Shown here piece by piece: positions 18,701-26,774 of a DNA stretch of 61,804 bases. The notes under the pieces were generated by a model that ran no database searches, had not been told where the DNA came from, and saw only the letters and a program-made list of their open reading frames with translations. How positions within the stretch are numbered: position 1 is the first letter of the stretch; each line of letters opens with the position of its first letter. The DNA is from Candidatus Omnitrophota bacterium (GTDB taxonomy: Bacteria > Omnitrophota > Gorgyraeia > JAHIPI01): contig JAHIPI010000040.1 in the NCBI GenBank assembly GCA_018894435.1, positions 1-61,804 of the forward strand. Reading direction: 5' to 3'. The position numbers and the translations under genes were made by a program.

Positions 18701-20110
18701 ATGGATTTTTTTAAAAAATTATCTCTTATTCCGCGCGGCCTCCGTTATAAACTTCTGATAGCTTTTTGCCTAATGTCCATAATCCCCCTTTTGGTTTCAC
18801 TGTATATGGTGCGGGATTACATCTTTCCTCCAAAAGGAGATATTCTAAGCCTCTCGTGGGTGCTCTTCTTCTGCGTGGTCATCACTTTTTTGGGATTGGT
18901 CTTGGCTAAACAGATGGTGGAACCCGTTATAGAGATGGCTATAGAGACGCGGCGTATTGCCGACGGCGATGTAAGTCACAAGCTAGAGATACGCACCGAA
19001 GACGAAATAGGGGACCTCGGCCGTTCCATTAACGAGATTACGCTTAACATAAGGGGAAAGATAGAGGAGTTAAAACTTTACGGCGAAGAAACAAAACTAA
19101 TGAATACCGAGATCCGCAAAAAAGTCCTTGTGCTCTCCAGCCTTCTTCAAATAGGTGAACATATCTCCAGTTTTGCGGAACTTGCGGATATCATGGACCT
19201 CATCACTGATAAAATATCCCATATAATCAATGCGGGATACGCAGTCCTTTTTCTTCAGAAACCGAACGATCCCACGACCCTTGAGGTCAATGCTTCCGCT
19301 AGTATTTCAAACGACAATCTCCGTCATCTTGAGATAAAAGTCGGTAAGGACCTTTTGGGAAGCGCCCTCATTAGCGGCATGCCGGTTTATTCCGACAGTA
19401 AAATAAAACCCTCAAAAGAGGTGCAGGATTTCCGGGAGGAAAATAATATAAAGAATTTCGCGGCGCTCCCCATAATATCGCGTAAAAAGGCGGTGGGGTT
19501 AATTTTGATAGGAAATGACGCCGAAGGTTTTGAATTTAAGGAAGATGACGCGGACGTCCTTAAGATATTTGCCAAGCAGGCCGCAATCGCCTATGAAAGC
19601 AGCATCTTGACAAAAAGGGCAAAGGAGCTGGAAATAAAAGACGACCTTACGGATCTCTATAACGAAAAATATATTGCCGAGCGCCTTGAGGAAGAGATAA
19701 GAAGGGCCGTTATTTGCCAACGGCCGTGTTCTTATATAGTCTTTAGTATAGACGACTTTGACAAATTCAGAACAGAAAACGGAGAATTGGCCACGGAAAA
19801 GGCGCTCAAAAAATTGGCATCAGCGTTTAATAGGCATGCTACAGAAATAGGAAGGGCTGCCCGCCTTTCCGGAGATTCCTTTGCGCTTTTGCTGCCCGAA
19901 AAGAATAAGCGCGAGGCATATAAGATCGCCGAAGATGTCAGAAGAGACGTGGAGAATATGGAACTGGAAAGCGAAAAGATAAGGCGCCTGACTATAAGCG
20001 GCGGGGTGAGCGAAAACCCCATAGACGGAATGAGCGCTGCCGAGTTGATGAGAAAAGCCGCCACAGGAGTGTCAGTAGCCAGAACGCAAGGTAAGAACAG
20101 AATAATCTAA
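18701..20110 (+). CDS. membrane HAMP-GAF-GGDEF protein with a degenerate GGDEF site (SGDSF)
   Basis: ATG 18701 is preferred (GAGGAG 8 nt upstream). Two N-terminal TM helices, HAMP (EDEIGDLGRSINEI), GAF-like middle. The GGDEF-domain motif reads RLSGDSFALLL, and upstream DLTDLYNEKY replaces the usual LTGL-NRR. Confidence 0.85.
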   Translation: MDFFKKLSLIPRGLRYKLLIAFCLMSIIPLLVSLYMVRDYIFPPKGDILSLSWVLFFCVVITFLGLVLAKQMVEPVIEMAIETRRIADGDVSHKLEIRTEDEIGDLGRSINEITLNIRGKIEELKLYGEETKLMNTEIRKKVLVLSSLLQIGEHISSFAELADIMDLITDKISHIINAGYAVLFLQKPNDPTTLEVNASASISNDNLRHLEIKVGKDLLGSALISGMPVYSDSKIKPSKEVQDFREENNIKNFAALPIISRKKAVGLILIGNDAEGFEFKEDDADVLKIFAKQAAIAYESSILTKRAKELEIKDDLTDLYNEKYIAERLEEEIRRAVICQRPCSYIVFSIDDFDKFRTENGELATEKALKKLASAFNRHATEIGRAARLSGDSFALLLPEKNKREAYKIAEDVRRDVENMELESEKIRRLTISGGVSENPIDGMSAAELMRKAATGVSVARTQGKNRII

Positions 20111-20128
20111 AGCGTTTGCGATGACCCA

Positions 20129-20150
20129 ATCCCTCGACGTTGCTCGGGAT
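20129..20150 (+). repeat. copy A of a dispersed hairpin motif (NNCCC-TCGNNNTYGCTC-GGGNN)
   Basis: ATCCC TCGACGTTGCTC GGGAT. See copies at 46685-46707 and 57556-57577. Confidence 0.7.
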
Positions 20151-20212
20151 GGTTCGAGGGAATGGTGAGCGAAGTCGAACCAAAGACTAAAGACGGCGGC
20201 ATGAGACGAGAG

Positions 20213-20262
20213 GGGGTCAGACCCTCAGCAATGTGTAGTTAACATAACGAGGGTCTGACCCC
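20213..20262. repeat. perfect 14-bp inverted repeat with a 22-nt spacer, just upstream of the pilT RBS
   Basis: GGGGTCAGACCCTC (20213-20226) / GAGGGTCTGACCCC (20249-20262). Each arm contains the near-palindrome GGGTCNGACCC. No T-tract follows. Confidence 0.8.
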
Positions 20263-20283
20263 GATAACACGCAAGGAGTAAGA

Positions 20284-21348
20284 ATGAAAACCGATATGAA
20301 CGCGCTTCTTGAAATATTGATCGCAAAAGGGGCATCCGACCTGCACCTCTCCGTAAATTCGCCGCCCAAAATAAGAATAGACGAGAGACTGGTAAATGCA
20401 ACGAACGATATTCTATATCCTGAAGACACGAAAAATCTTGCCTATAGCATTCTGTCAAAGGAGCAGATAGCTATTTTTGAGAAGAACAAGGAGCTGGACC
20501 TCTCCTTTGAGCTTCCGAAAAAAGGAAGGTTCAGGGTAAATATCTTTCTCCAGAGGGGAAGTGTAGGAGTAGCCATAAGGATGATACCTTATGATATAAT
20601 GAGTTTTGAGGAATGCGGCCTTCCGGTAGATGTCGTTACTTCTTTCTGCAGAAAACCTAAAGGGCTCGTACTTGTTACCGGTGCTACAGGCCATGGAAAA
20701 TCCACCTCTTTGGCATCCATGATAGATTTTATAAACAAAGAGCGCGATTGCCACATAGTGACGATAGAGGATCCGATAGAATTTGTGCATAGCAATAAAA
20801 AGGCGATAATAGACCAAAGAGAGGTCCATTACGATACCTATTCATTCGGCTCTGCCCTTAAACACGTCCTTCGCCAGGATCCGGATGTCATACTAATAGG
20901 CGAAATGAGGGACCTTGAGACGATAGAAGCTGCGCTCATAATAGCTGAAACGGGCCATCTTGTATTCGCGACATTGCATACATCCGACAGCATCCAGACG
21001 ATCAATAGGATTATAGACGTTTTTCCGTCTCATCAGCAGCAGCAGATACGCACGCAGCTCTCTTTTGTGCTTTTGGGTGTACTTTCGCAGCAATTGGTGC
21101 CAAAAAAGACGCTGTCCGGACGAGTGCTCGCTACGGAGGTTCTGATAATAACGCCTGCCGTTCGTTCTCTAATAAGAGAATCGAAAGTCCATCAGATGTA
21201 TTCCAGCATACAGACCGGACTGAAAGAAGGCATGCGCACAATGAACCAGTCATTGTACGAATTACATAAGAACGGCCTTGTAAGTTACGAGGAATGCTTT
21301 GCAAGGACGCTTGACACTGAAGATCTTGGAAGGCTGTTCAAAAAATAA
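20284..21348 (+). CDS. pilT: type IV pilus retraction ATPase PilT
   Basis: AAGGAG RBS. Walker A TGATGHGKSTSL, VILIGEMRD, and the PilT signature AVRSLIRESK. 354 aa. Confidence 0.92.
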   Translation: MKTDMNALLEILIAKGASDLHLSVNSPPKIRIDERLVNATNDILYPEDTKNLAYSILSKEQIAIFEKNKELDLSFELPKKGRFRVNIFLQRGSVGVAIRMIPYDIMSFEECGLPVDVVTSFCRKPKGLVLVTGATGHGKSTSLASMIDFINKERDCHIVTIEDPIEFVHSNKKAIIDQREVHYDTYSFGSALKHVLRQDPDVILIGEMRDLETIEAALIIAETGHLVFATLHTSDSIQTINRIIDVFPSHQQQQIRTQLSFVLLGVLSQQLVPKKTLSGRVLATEVLIITPAVRSLIRESKVHQMYSSIQTGLKEGMRTMNQSLYELHKNGLVSYEECFARTLDTEDLGRLFKK

Positions 21349-21369
21349 GAGGAAGGCGCTAAGGAGATT

Positions 21370-21825
21370 ATGCTGCCCGGAAAAAGAGTGATATCAAAAC
21401 AATTGGGAGACCTTCTCATGGAGAGGGGCTTAATAACTAAGGAAGGCTTGGAGAAGGCCCTTAAGATACAGAAGGAAAAAGGCGGGCTCTTAGGCGATAT
21501 ACTTGTGAGTATGGGGTGCACCACGGAAGAACAGATAGCCCAAGCCATTACGGTTCAGTATGGTTTCCCTTATTTACCTTTAGTCAGTTATGAAATAGAG
21601 ACTAGGATTGTAGACATGATATCGGAAAACGTTGCAAGGCAATATTGCCTCATAGGTGTGGATAAAATAGGTGATACGCTTACTATAGCAATGGCAAACC
21701 CTCTTAATACGCAGGCAATAGAGGACATAGAGATGATATCGGGCTCACGGGTGCAGATATTTGTCAGCACGACGACTGATATCAAAAATGCAATCGATAA
21801 GTACTATAAGAAAAAAGTAAAATAG
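21370..21825 (+). CDS. stand-alone MshEN/T2SSE_N domain protein (PilB N-terminus without an ATPase)
   Basis: QLGDLLMERGLITKEGLEKALKIQ-KEKGG-LLGDILVSMGCTTEEQIAQAITVQ (tandem MshEN-like 24-mers), then a T2SSE_N-like LIGVDKIGDTLTIAMANPLN. 151 aa with no Walker motifs. Confidence 0.8.
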   Translation: MLPGKRVISKQLGDLLMERGLITKEGLEKALKIQKEKGGLLGDILVSMGCTTEEQIAQAITVQYGFPYLPLVSYEIETRIVDMISENVARQYCLIGVDKIGDTLTIAMANPLNTQAIEDIEMISGSRVQIFVSTTTDIKNAIDKYYKKKVK

Positions 21826-21865
21826 CTATCAGCTGAAAGCTGACAGCTGATAGCTGAAAGCTATA
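21824..21865 (+). repeat. heptanucleotide tandem array H1 (6 x AGCTNNN) filling the spacer from stop codon to pilB1 ATG
   Basis: AGCTATC AGCTGAA AGCTGAC AGCTGAT AGCTGAA AGCTATA, then A-ATG. The first unit overlaps stop TAG 21823-21825. Contains an 11-bp inverted repeat AGCTATCAGCT/AGCTGATAGCT. Confidence 0.9.
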
Positions 21866-21866
21866 A

Positions 21867-23600
21867 ATGGCCTTATCATTAAAAGAACGCCTTAATAAGA
21901 TATTGCTTGAGAAGGGGCTTATTACCGCCGAGAAGCTCAAAGAAGCGATTGGAATGCAGAGGGAAAAAGGCGGTAAGCTCAGCGATATTTTAATCAATAA
22001 CGGCCTTATCGACAGAAAAGACCTCATGGTTGTGCTCAGCGAGGAGCTGGGCATCCCTCCGATAAACCTCTCCCGCTACAAAATAGACCCGTCGTTAATA
22101 CAATTAGTCCCGCGTAAATTCGCATACCGCTACAAGATGCTCCCGATTTCCAGGATGGGCAACCTTCTTACGGTGGCAATGGCCGATCCGTTGAATATAT
22201 TCGCAGTAGATGAAATAAAAACGCTTACCGGTTTTCAGATAGGCATACTTATTACTACTGATAAGGATATGGACGAAGCCATCGACCAATATTACGGCGA
22301 AAGCGCGCACGAAGCGATAGAAGAGATCATGGAGGGCATGGATAAAGTCGGCAGGATAGAAATGGTGGAAGAAGGCGCCGAAACGAAGAAAGCGGATTCT
22401 ACCGACCTCGTCCGAATGACCCAAGAGACGCCCGTCGTCGCAATAACAAATCTGCTTCTTTCCGAGGCGGTGAAGATGAGGGCGAGCGATATATTAATAG
22501 AGCCCATGGAGCGGGTTTTGCGGGTGAGGTATCGCGTAGACGGCATGCTTAAAGAGGCAAAGAATCCGCCGCGGTCCATGCACGAAGCCATTGTATCAAG
22601 GTTAAAGGTCATGTCAAATCTTAATATTTCGGAGCGCCGTCTGCCGCAGGACGGAAGATTTAAAATAAGGATACAGAATAGAGAAGTGGATTTCAGGATA
22701 TCCGTTCTTCCGTCGAGCGAAGGCGAAAAGGCGGCCATGAGGATCCTTGATAAAAGCCAGGCGATGCTTGATGTAAATAAGCTTGGCTTTGAAGATGCGC
22801 CCCTCAATGATTTAAAAAGAGAAGCCGAGAGGCCTCACGGCATGATATTAGTTTGCGGGCCTACGGGTTGCGGCAAGACGACCACACTTTATTCCATATT
22901 AAAAAATATCGATTCACCGGAAAAAAATATAGTGACGGTAGAAGATCCGGTGGAATACGATCTGTACGGGATAAACCAGGTATCAATACGGCCGGAAATA
23001 GGCCTGACATTCGCGAAATCCTTAAGAAGCATCTTAAGGCAGGATCCCGACGTAATAATGGTCGGGGAGATAAGGGATTTTGATACCGCGGATATTGCCA
23101 TCAAATCGGCGCTTACGGGCCATTTGGTCTTAAGCACCCTCCATACGACGACTGCGCCGGGGGCGGTTATCAGGCTTGTGAATATGGGAGTAGAACCTTT
23201 TTTGATAACGTCTTCGGTGGTACTTGTCGGGGCTCAGCGCCTTGCAAGAAAAATATGCCCAAACTGTAAAGAGGAATACAAAATAGATAAGGCTGCGATA
23301 GAGAGATGCAATATTCAGGTAAGCGGGGAGCCTCTATTTTACCGCGGAAAAGGATGCAAGAATTGTATTAATACCGGATATAAAGGAAGAGTGGGCCTTA
23401 TGGAGACACTCGTCCTGACCCCAAAAATAAAGACATTGATAGCAAATAGGGCCCAGGAATATCAGATAAAAGAGGCGGCACGGCAAGAGGGCATGGTTAC
23501 TTTAAGAGAGAACGGTCTCAAGAAAGTACTGGCCGGTATTACGACATGGGAAGAAGTCATCAGGTTGACGACCGGCGACCAGGACATGGATACGGTGTAA
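21867..23600 (+). CDS. pilB: type IV pilus assembly ATPase PilB (paralog 1)
   Basis: N-terminal RLNKILLEKGLITAEKLKEAIGMQ (MshEN-like), T2SSE_N, Walker A GPTGCGKTTTLYS, Zn motif CPNCKEEY...CKNC. Confidence 0.92.
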   Translation: MALSLKERLNKILLEKGLITAEKLKEAIGMQREKGGKLSDILINNGLIDRKDLMVVLSEELGIPPINLSRYKIDPSLIQLVPRKFAYRYKMLPISRMGNLLTVAMADPLNIFAVDEIKTLTGFQIGILITTDKDMDEAIDQYYGESAHEAIEEIMEGMDKVGRIEMVEEGAETKKADSTDLVRMTQETPVVAITNLLLSEAVKMRASDILIEPMERVLRVRYRVDGMLKEAKNPPRSMHEAIVSRLKVMSNLNISERRLPQDGRFKIRIQNREVDFRISVLPSSEGEKAAMRILDKSQAMLDVNKLGFEDAPLNDLKREAERPHGMILVCGPTGCGKTTTLYSILKNIDSPEKNIVTVEDPVEYDLYGINQVSIRPEIGLTFAKSLRSILRQDPDVIMVGEIRDFDTADIAIKSALTGHLVLSTLHTTTAPGAVIRLVNMGVEPFLITSSVVLVGAQRLARKICPNCKEEYKIDKAAIERCNIQVSGEPLFYRGKGCKNCINTGYKGRVGLMETLVLTPKIKTLIANRAQEYQIKEAARQEGMVTLRENGLKKVLAGITTWEEVIRLTTGDQDMDTV

Positions 23601-23603
23601 CAA

Positions 23604-25322
23604 ATGGCAAAATCGCTTAAAGACAGACTAGTGGAAGTACTCCTGGACAGCAAGCTCATCACCAAAGAGCAGCTTGACAAGGCGCTTAAGATGCAGAAGA
23701 AGGAGAAGTCCAATATAGGCGAGGTCCTGGTAAAAGAGGGCTTTATTACCCAAAAGGACCTGATGATAATACTGAGCCGCGAGCTCAATATCCCGCCGAT
23801 GAATCTCGCGAGATACAAGATCAGTCCCGATGTCATAAAACTCATACCCGAACGGATCGCAAAGCAGTATCATCTTCTTCCGGTGGCAATATTAGGCAAT
23901 ACCCTTACTTTGGCAATGAGCGACCCGCTCAATATATTCGCTATAGACGACATAAGAATGCTTACCAAGTTTGACATTGATCCGGTACTTGCCACAGAGA
24001 GTGATATAAAGGAAGCGATAAATATTTATTACGGTACCGCAAGCACGGAAATGTCGCAGATATTGGAGGATGCGAAAGAAAAGGAAGGAGAGTTAGAAGT
24101 AGTAGAGCACGAAGATATAGATATATCCCGCCTTACCGAAGAAAGCAAAAAAGCGCCCATAGTCAAAATGGTGGACCTTATGCTGGCGGAGGCGTTGAAA
24201 AAACGCGCGAGCGATATCCATATAGAACCGTGTGAGCGCGAATTGCGGATACGATACAGGATCGACGGCGCGCTTCATGAAGCCCTGACGCTTCCCAAGA
24301 AGAATCAAAATGCCGTATTGGCCAGATTGAAAATAATGTCAAAACTGGATATAACCGAGTCCCGGCTTCCTCAGGACGGAAGATTTAAGATACGCCTTGA
24401 AGGAAGAGAAGTGGATTTCAGGGTCTCTGTCCTACCCGTCTCCTACGGAAGCAAGGTGGTGCTGAGGGCACTTGATAAAAGCAGCTTGGGCGTCGGACTT
24501 GATAAATTGGGTTTTCTTAAAGAAGAACTCGAGAGGTTTGAAGAGGGCCTCAAGAGGCCTTATGGCATGTTGCTTCTCACGGGACCGACGGGATGCGGCA
24601 AATCTACGACTCTTTATTCTATACTTAACAAACTTAATACACCGGAGAAGAATATCATAACAGTCGAAGACCCCGTGGAGTATCAGGTCGAAGGAATTAC
24701 GCAAATTCCCGTCAACGCCGATATCGGGCTTACTTTTTCAGCAGGCTTAAGAGGGCTTCTAAGGCAGAGTCCGGATATTATAATGGTGGGAGAAATAAGG
24801 GATTTCGAAACGGCGGACATAGCCATTAAGGCATCTTTAACGGGCGAACTTGTGCTGAGTACTTTGCATACTAATGACGCGCCCGGCGCTATTACGCGAT
24901 TGATCGATATGGGGGTAGAGCCGTTTCTCGTTGCTTCAAGTATCGTCCTTACAGCCGCGCAGAGGTTATGCAGGCGTATATGTCCGCACTGTAAAGAAGA
25001 AGCGGATATACCTATGGCCGTACTGGAGAGAGTATGGATTAATAAGGCAGAAATGGATAAGCTGAAAGGAAAGAAGTTCTTCAAGGGCCGCGGCTGTCCC
25101 AAATGTAATAATACGGGTTACTACGGCCGGATGGGGACATTGGAAGTCCTTATAATAGACGATGCTATAAGAGACATGATTATAAAATGCGTCCCGGCTG
25201 ATCAATTAAAGGACTATGCCGTTAAACACGGTATGTCCACATTGAGGGATAACGCGCTTAAAAAGTTTATTAACGGCGATACGACGCTGGAGGAAGTGCT
25301 GAGGATTACGACGGTAGAATAG
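23604..25322 (+). CDS. pilB: type IV pilus assembly ATPase PilB (paralog 2, tandem)
   Basis: Begins 3 nt after paralog 1. RLVEVLLDSKLITKEQLDKALKMQ, GPTGCGKSTTLYS, CPHCKEE...CPKC. Confidence 0.92.
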   Translation: MAKSLKDRLVEVLLDSKLITKEQLDKALKMQKKEKSNIGEVLVKEGFITQKDLMIILSRELNIPPMNLARYKISPDVIKLIPERIAKQYHLLPVAILGNTLTLAMSDPLNIFAIDDIRMLTKFDIDPVLATESDIKEAINIYYGTASTEMSQILEDAKEKEGELEVVEHEDIDISRLTEESKKAPIVKMVDLMLAEALKKRASDIHIEPCERELRIRYRIDGALHEALTLPKKNQNAVLARLKIMSKLDITESRLPQDGRFKIRLEGREVDFRVSVLPVSYGSKVVLRALDKSSLGVGLDKLGFLKEELERFEEGLKRPYGMLLLTGPTGCGKSTTLYSILNKLNTPEKNIITVEDPVEYQVEGITQIPVNADIGLTFSAGLRGLLRQSPDIIMVGEIRDFETADIAIKASLTGELVLSTLHTNDAPGAITRLIDMGVEPFLVASSIVLTAAQRLCRRICPHCKEEADIPMAVLERVWINKAEMDKLKGKKFFKGRGCPKCNNTGYYGRMGTLEVLIIDDAIRDMIIKCVPADQLKDYAVKHGMSTLRDNALKKFINGDTTLEEVLRITTVE

Positions 25323-25340
25323 GGCAGTTAGGAGGGTAAC

Positions 25341-26555
25341 ATGGCATTATACAAGTATGTCGCGAAGAATACAAGCGGTCAGACCGTAACAGGGGTCTTA
25401 GATGCTCCGGACAGGGCCCTTTTAATCGGCAAGCTGAGAGAAAAAGATCTTGTCATAGTCTCTATTGCGGAAGCAAAGACGAGCATAACGCAACAGGGCG
25501 GGTTTTTTCAGCGTAGATCTGTAAATATAGATGATATGGTCATATTTTCGAGGCAGCTTGCCACTATGGTAGATGCGGGTATTCCCCTTGTCGGCGCGCT
25601 TGACATATTGGGCGAACAGATGGAGAACAAGACTTTTTCGGAGGTCATTTTGAATGTGAGGGATAATGTGGAGACGGGCTCAAGCCTCTCCGAGGCACTT
25701 TCAAAATATCCGAAGACATTCTCCACCCTATTCGTGAATATGGTGAAGGCCGGCGAATCAAGCGGTATGTTAGACGAGATACTGGACAGGGTGGCGACTT
25801 ATCTGGAAAAGACGAGCATACTGCAGAGAAAGATAAAATCGGCATTGATATACCCCGCGGTTATAACTTTCATGGCCATAGTCATTACAATTATTCTCCT
25901 TGTTAAAGTCATACCGGTCTTTAAAGATATATTCGCCGGTTTCGGCGCGGCATTGCCCCGCCCGACTCAGGTCTTGATTGATTTAAGCGATTTTTTGCGT
26001 AAGTATTTCTTTTTCGGCGTTGGCTTTCTAGTAATTATGATTTTTCTCCTTATTCGGTATATAAATACCGAAAAAGGGCGCCTCAGATTCGATACCATAA
26101 CGCTTACCATGCCCATATTCGGGATACTTCTTCGCAAAGTCGCGGTCAGCAAATTTACGCGCACCCTCTCCACCCTCGTAAAAAGCGGTGTGCCCATTTT
26201 GAGCTCGCTTGAGATAGTCGGCAAAACATCGGGCAATAAGCTTATAGAAAAGGCAGTGGTAAGTATAAGGTCCAGCATAAGGGAGGGGGAAAATATAGCA
26301 GAGCCGCTTGCTAAAAGTAAGGTATTCCCACCCATGGTCGTCAGGATGATTTCGGTAGGGGAGCAAACGGGCGAGCTTGAAAAGATGCTCTCAAAGATAG
26401 CTGACTTCTACGACGCGCAGGTAGATGCCGCTGTCACCGGCCTGACAAGCATGATAGAGCCCCTGATCATTGCCTTTTTGGGCATAGTAATCGGCACAAT
26501 CGTTATCTGTATGTTCCTGCCAATATTCAAGATATCGACGATTATAAATATGTAA
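25341..26555 (+). CDS. pilC: type IV pilus platform protein PilC (T2SSF family)
   Basis: GGAGGG RBS. Duplicated T2SSF repeats FSRQLATMVDAGIPL and FTRTLSTLVKSGVPIL. Three TM segments. Confidence 0.93.
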   Translation: MALYKYVAKNTSGQTVTGVLDAPDRALLIGKLREKDLVIVSIAEAKTSITQQGGFFQRRSVNIDDMVIFSRQLATMVDAGIPLVGALDILGEQMENKTFSEVILNVRDNVETGSSLSEALSKYPKTFSTLFVNMVKAGESSGMLDEILDRVATYLEKTSILQRKIKSALIYPAVITFMAIVITIILLVKVIPVFKDIFAGFGAALPRPTQVLIDLSDFLRKYFFFGVGFLVIMIFLLIRYINTEKGRLRFDTITLTMPIFGILLRKVAVSKFTRTLSTLVKSGVPILSSLEIVGKTSGNKLIEKAVVSIRSSIREGENIAEPLAKSKVFPPMVVRMISVGEQTGELEKMLSKIADFYDAQVDAAVTGLTSMIEPLIIAFLGIVIGTIVICMFLPIFKISTIINM

Positions 26556-26604
26556 CACAATAGTTTGGGTATCAGGGTATTCGGTTGTCCGGATATTCGG
26601 GGTA

Positions 26605-26633
26605 TTGATTTTTTTAGCTTTGTATGGTATACT
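26605..26633 (+). promoter_or_regulatory. sigma70-like promoter with extended -10 for pilin 1 (TTGATT-17 nt-TGGTATACT)
   Basis: TTGATT at 26605-26610, TATACT at 26628-26633 preceded by TGTATGG. Leader of about 135 nt to ATG 26775. Confidence 0.55.
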
Positions 26634-26774
26634 ATTATGGTACATGATACAAGTTAGGCGATGAAACAGGTGCCAATTCTGAAGTGGGTTATCATAAATA
26701 CCTCCCATAGAGGCGGCGGCCAAATCACCGGACTGTATCGAGCCATCCAGGCAATGAAGGGAGGATGATGTAAA

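Noticed and set aside
20213-20262. Considered the 14-bp inverted repeat as the intrinsic terminator of the GGDEF gene.
   Set aside because: No U/T tract follows (CCGATAACACGC), and the RBS of pilT starts 11 nt later. It is kept as a regulatory or structural candidate instead.
21824-21865. Considered whether the short repeat arrays (21824-21865, 29478-29540) could be a CRISPR array.
   Set aside because: The units are 7 nt and directly tandem, with no spacers. The arrays are 42-63 nt long, and no cas genes are in the window.
26640-26774. Considered a c-di-GMP (GEMM-I/II) or other known riboswitch in the pilin leader.
   Set aside because: I could not find the conserved GEMM segments, or B12, TPP, glycine or preQ1 boxes, by eye. 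Only the generic anti-SD pairing is reported.
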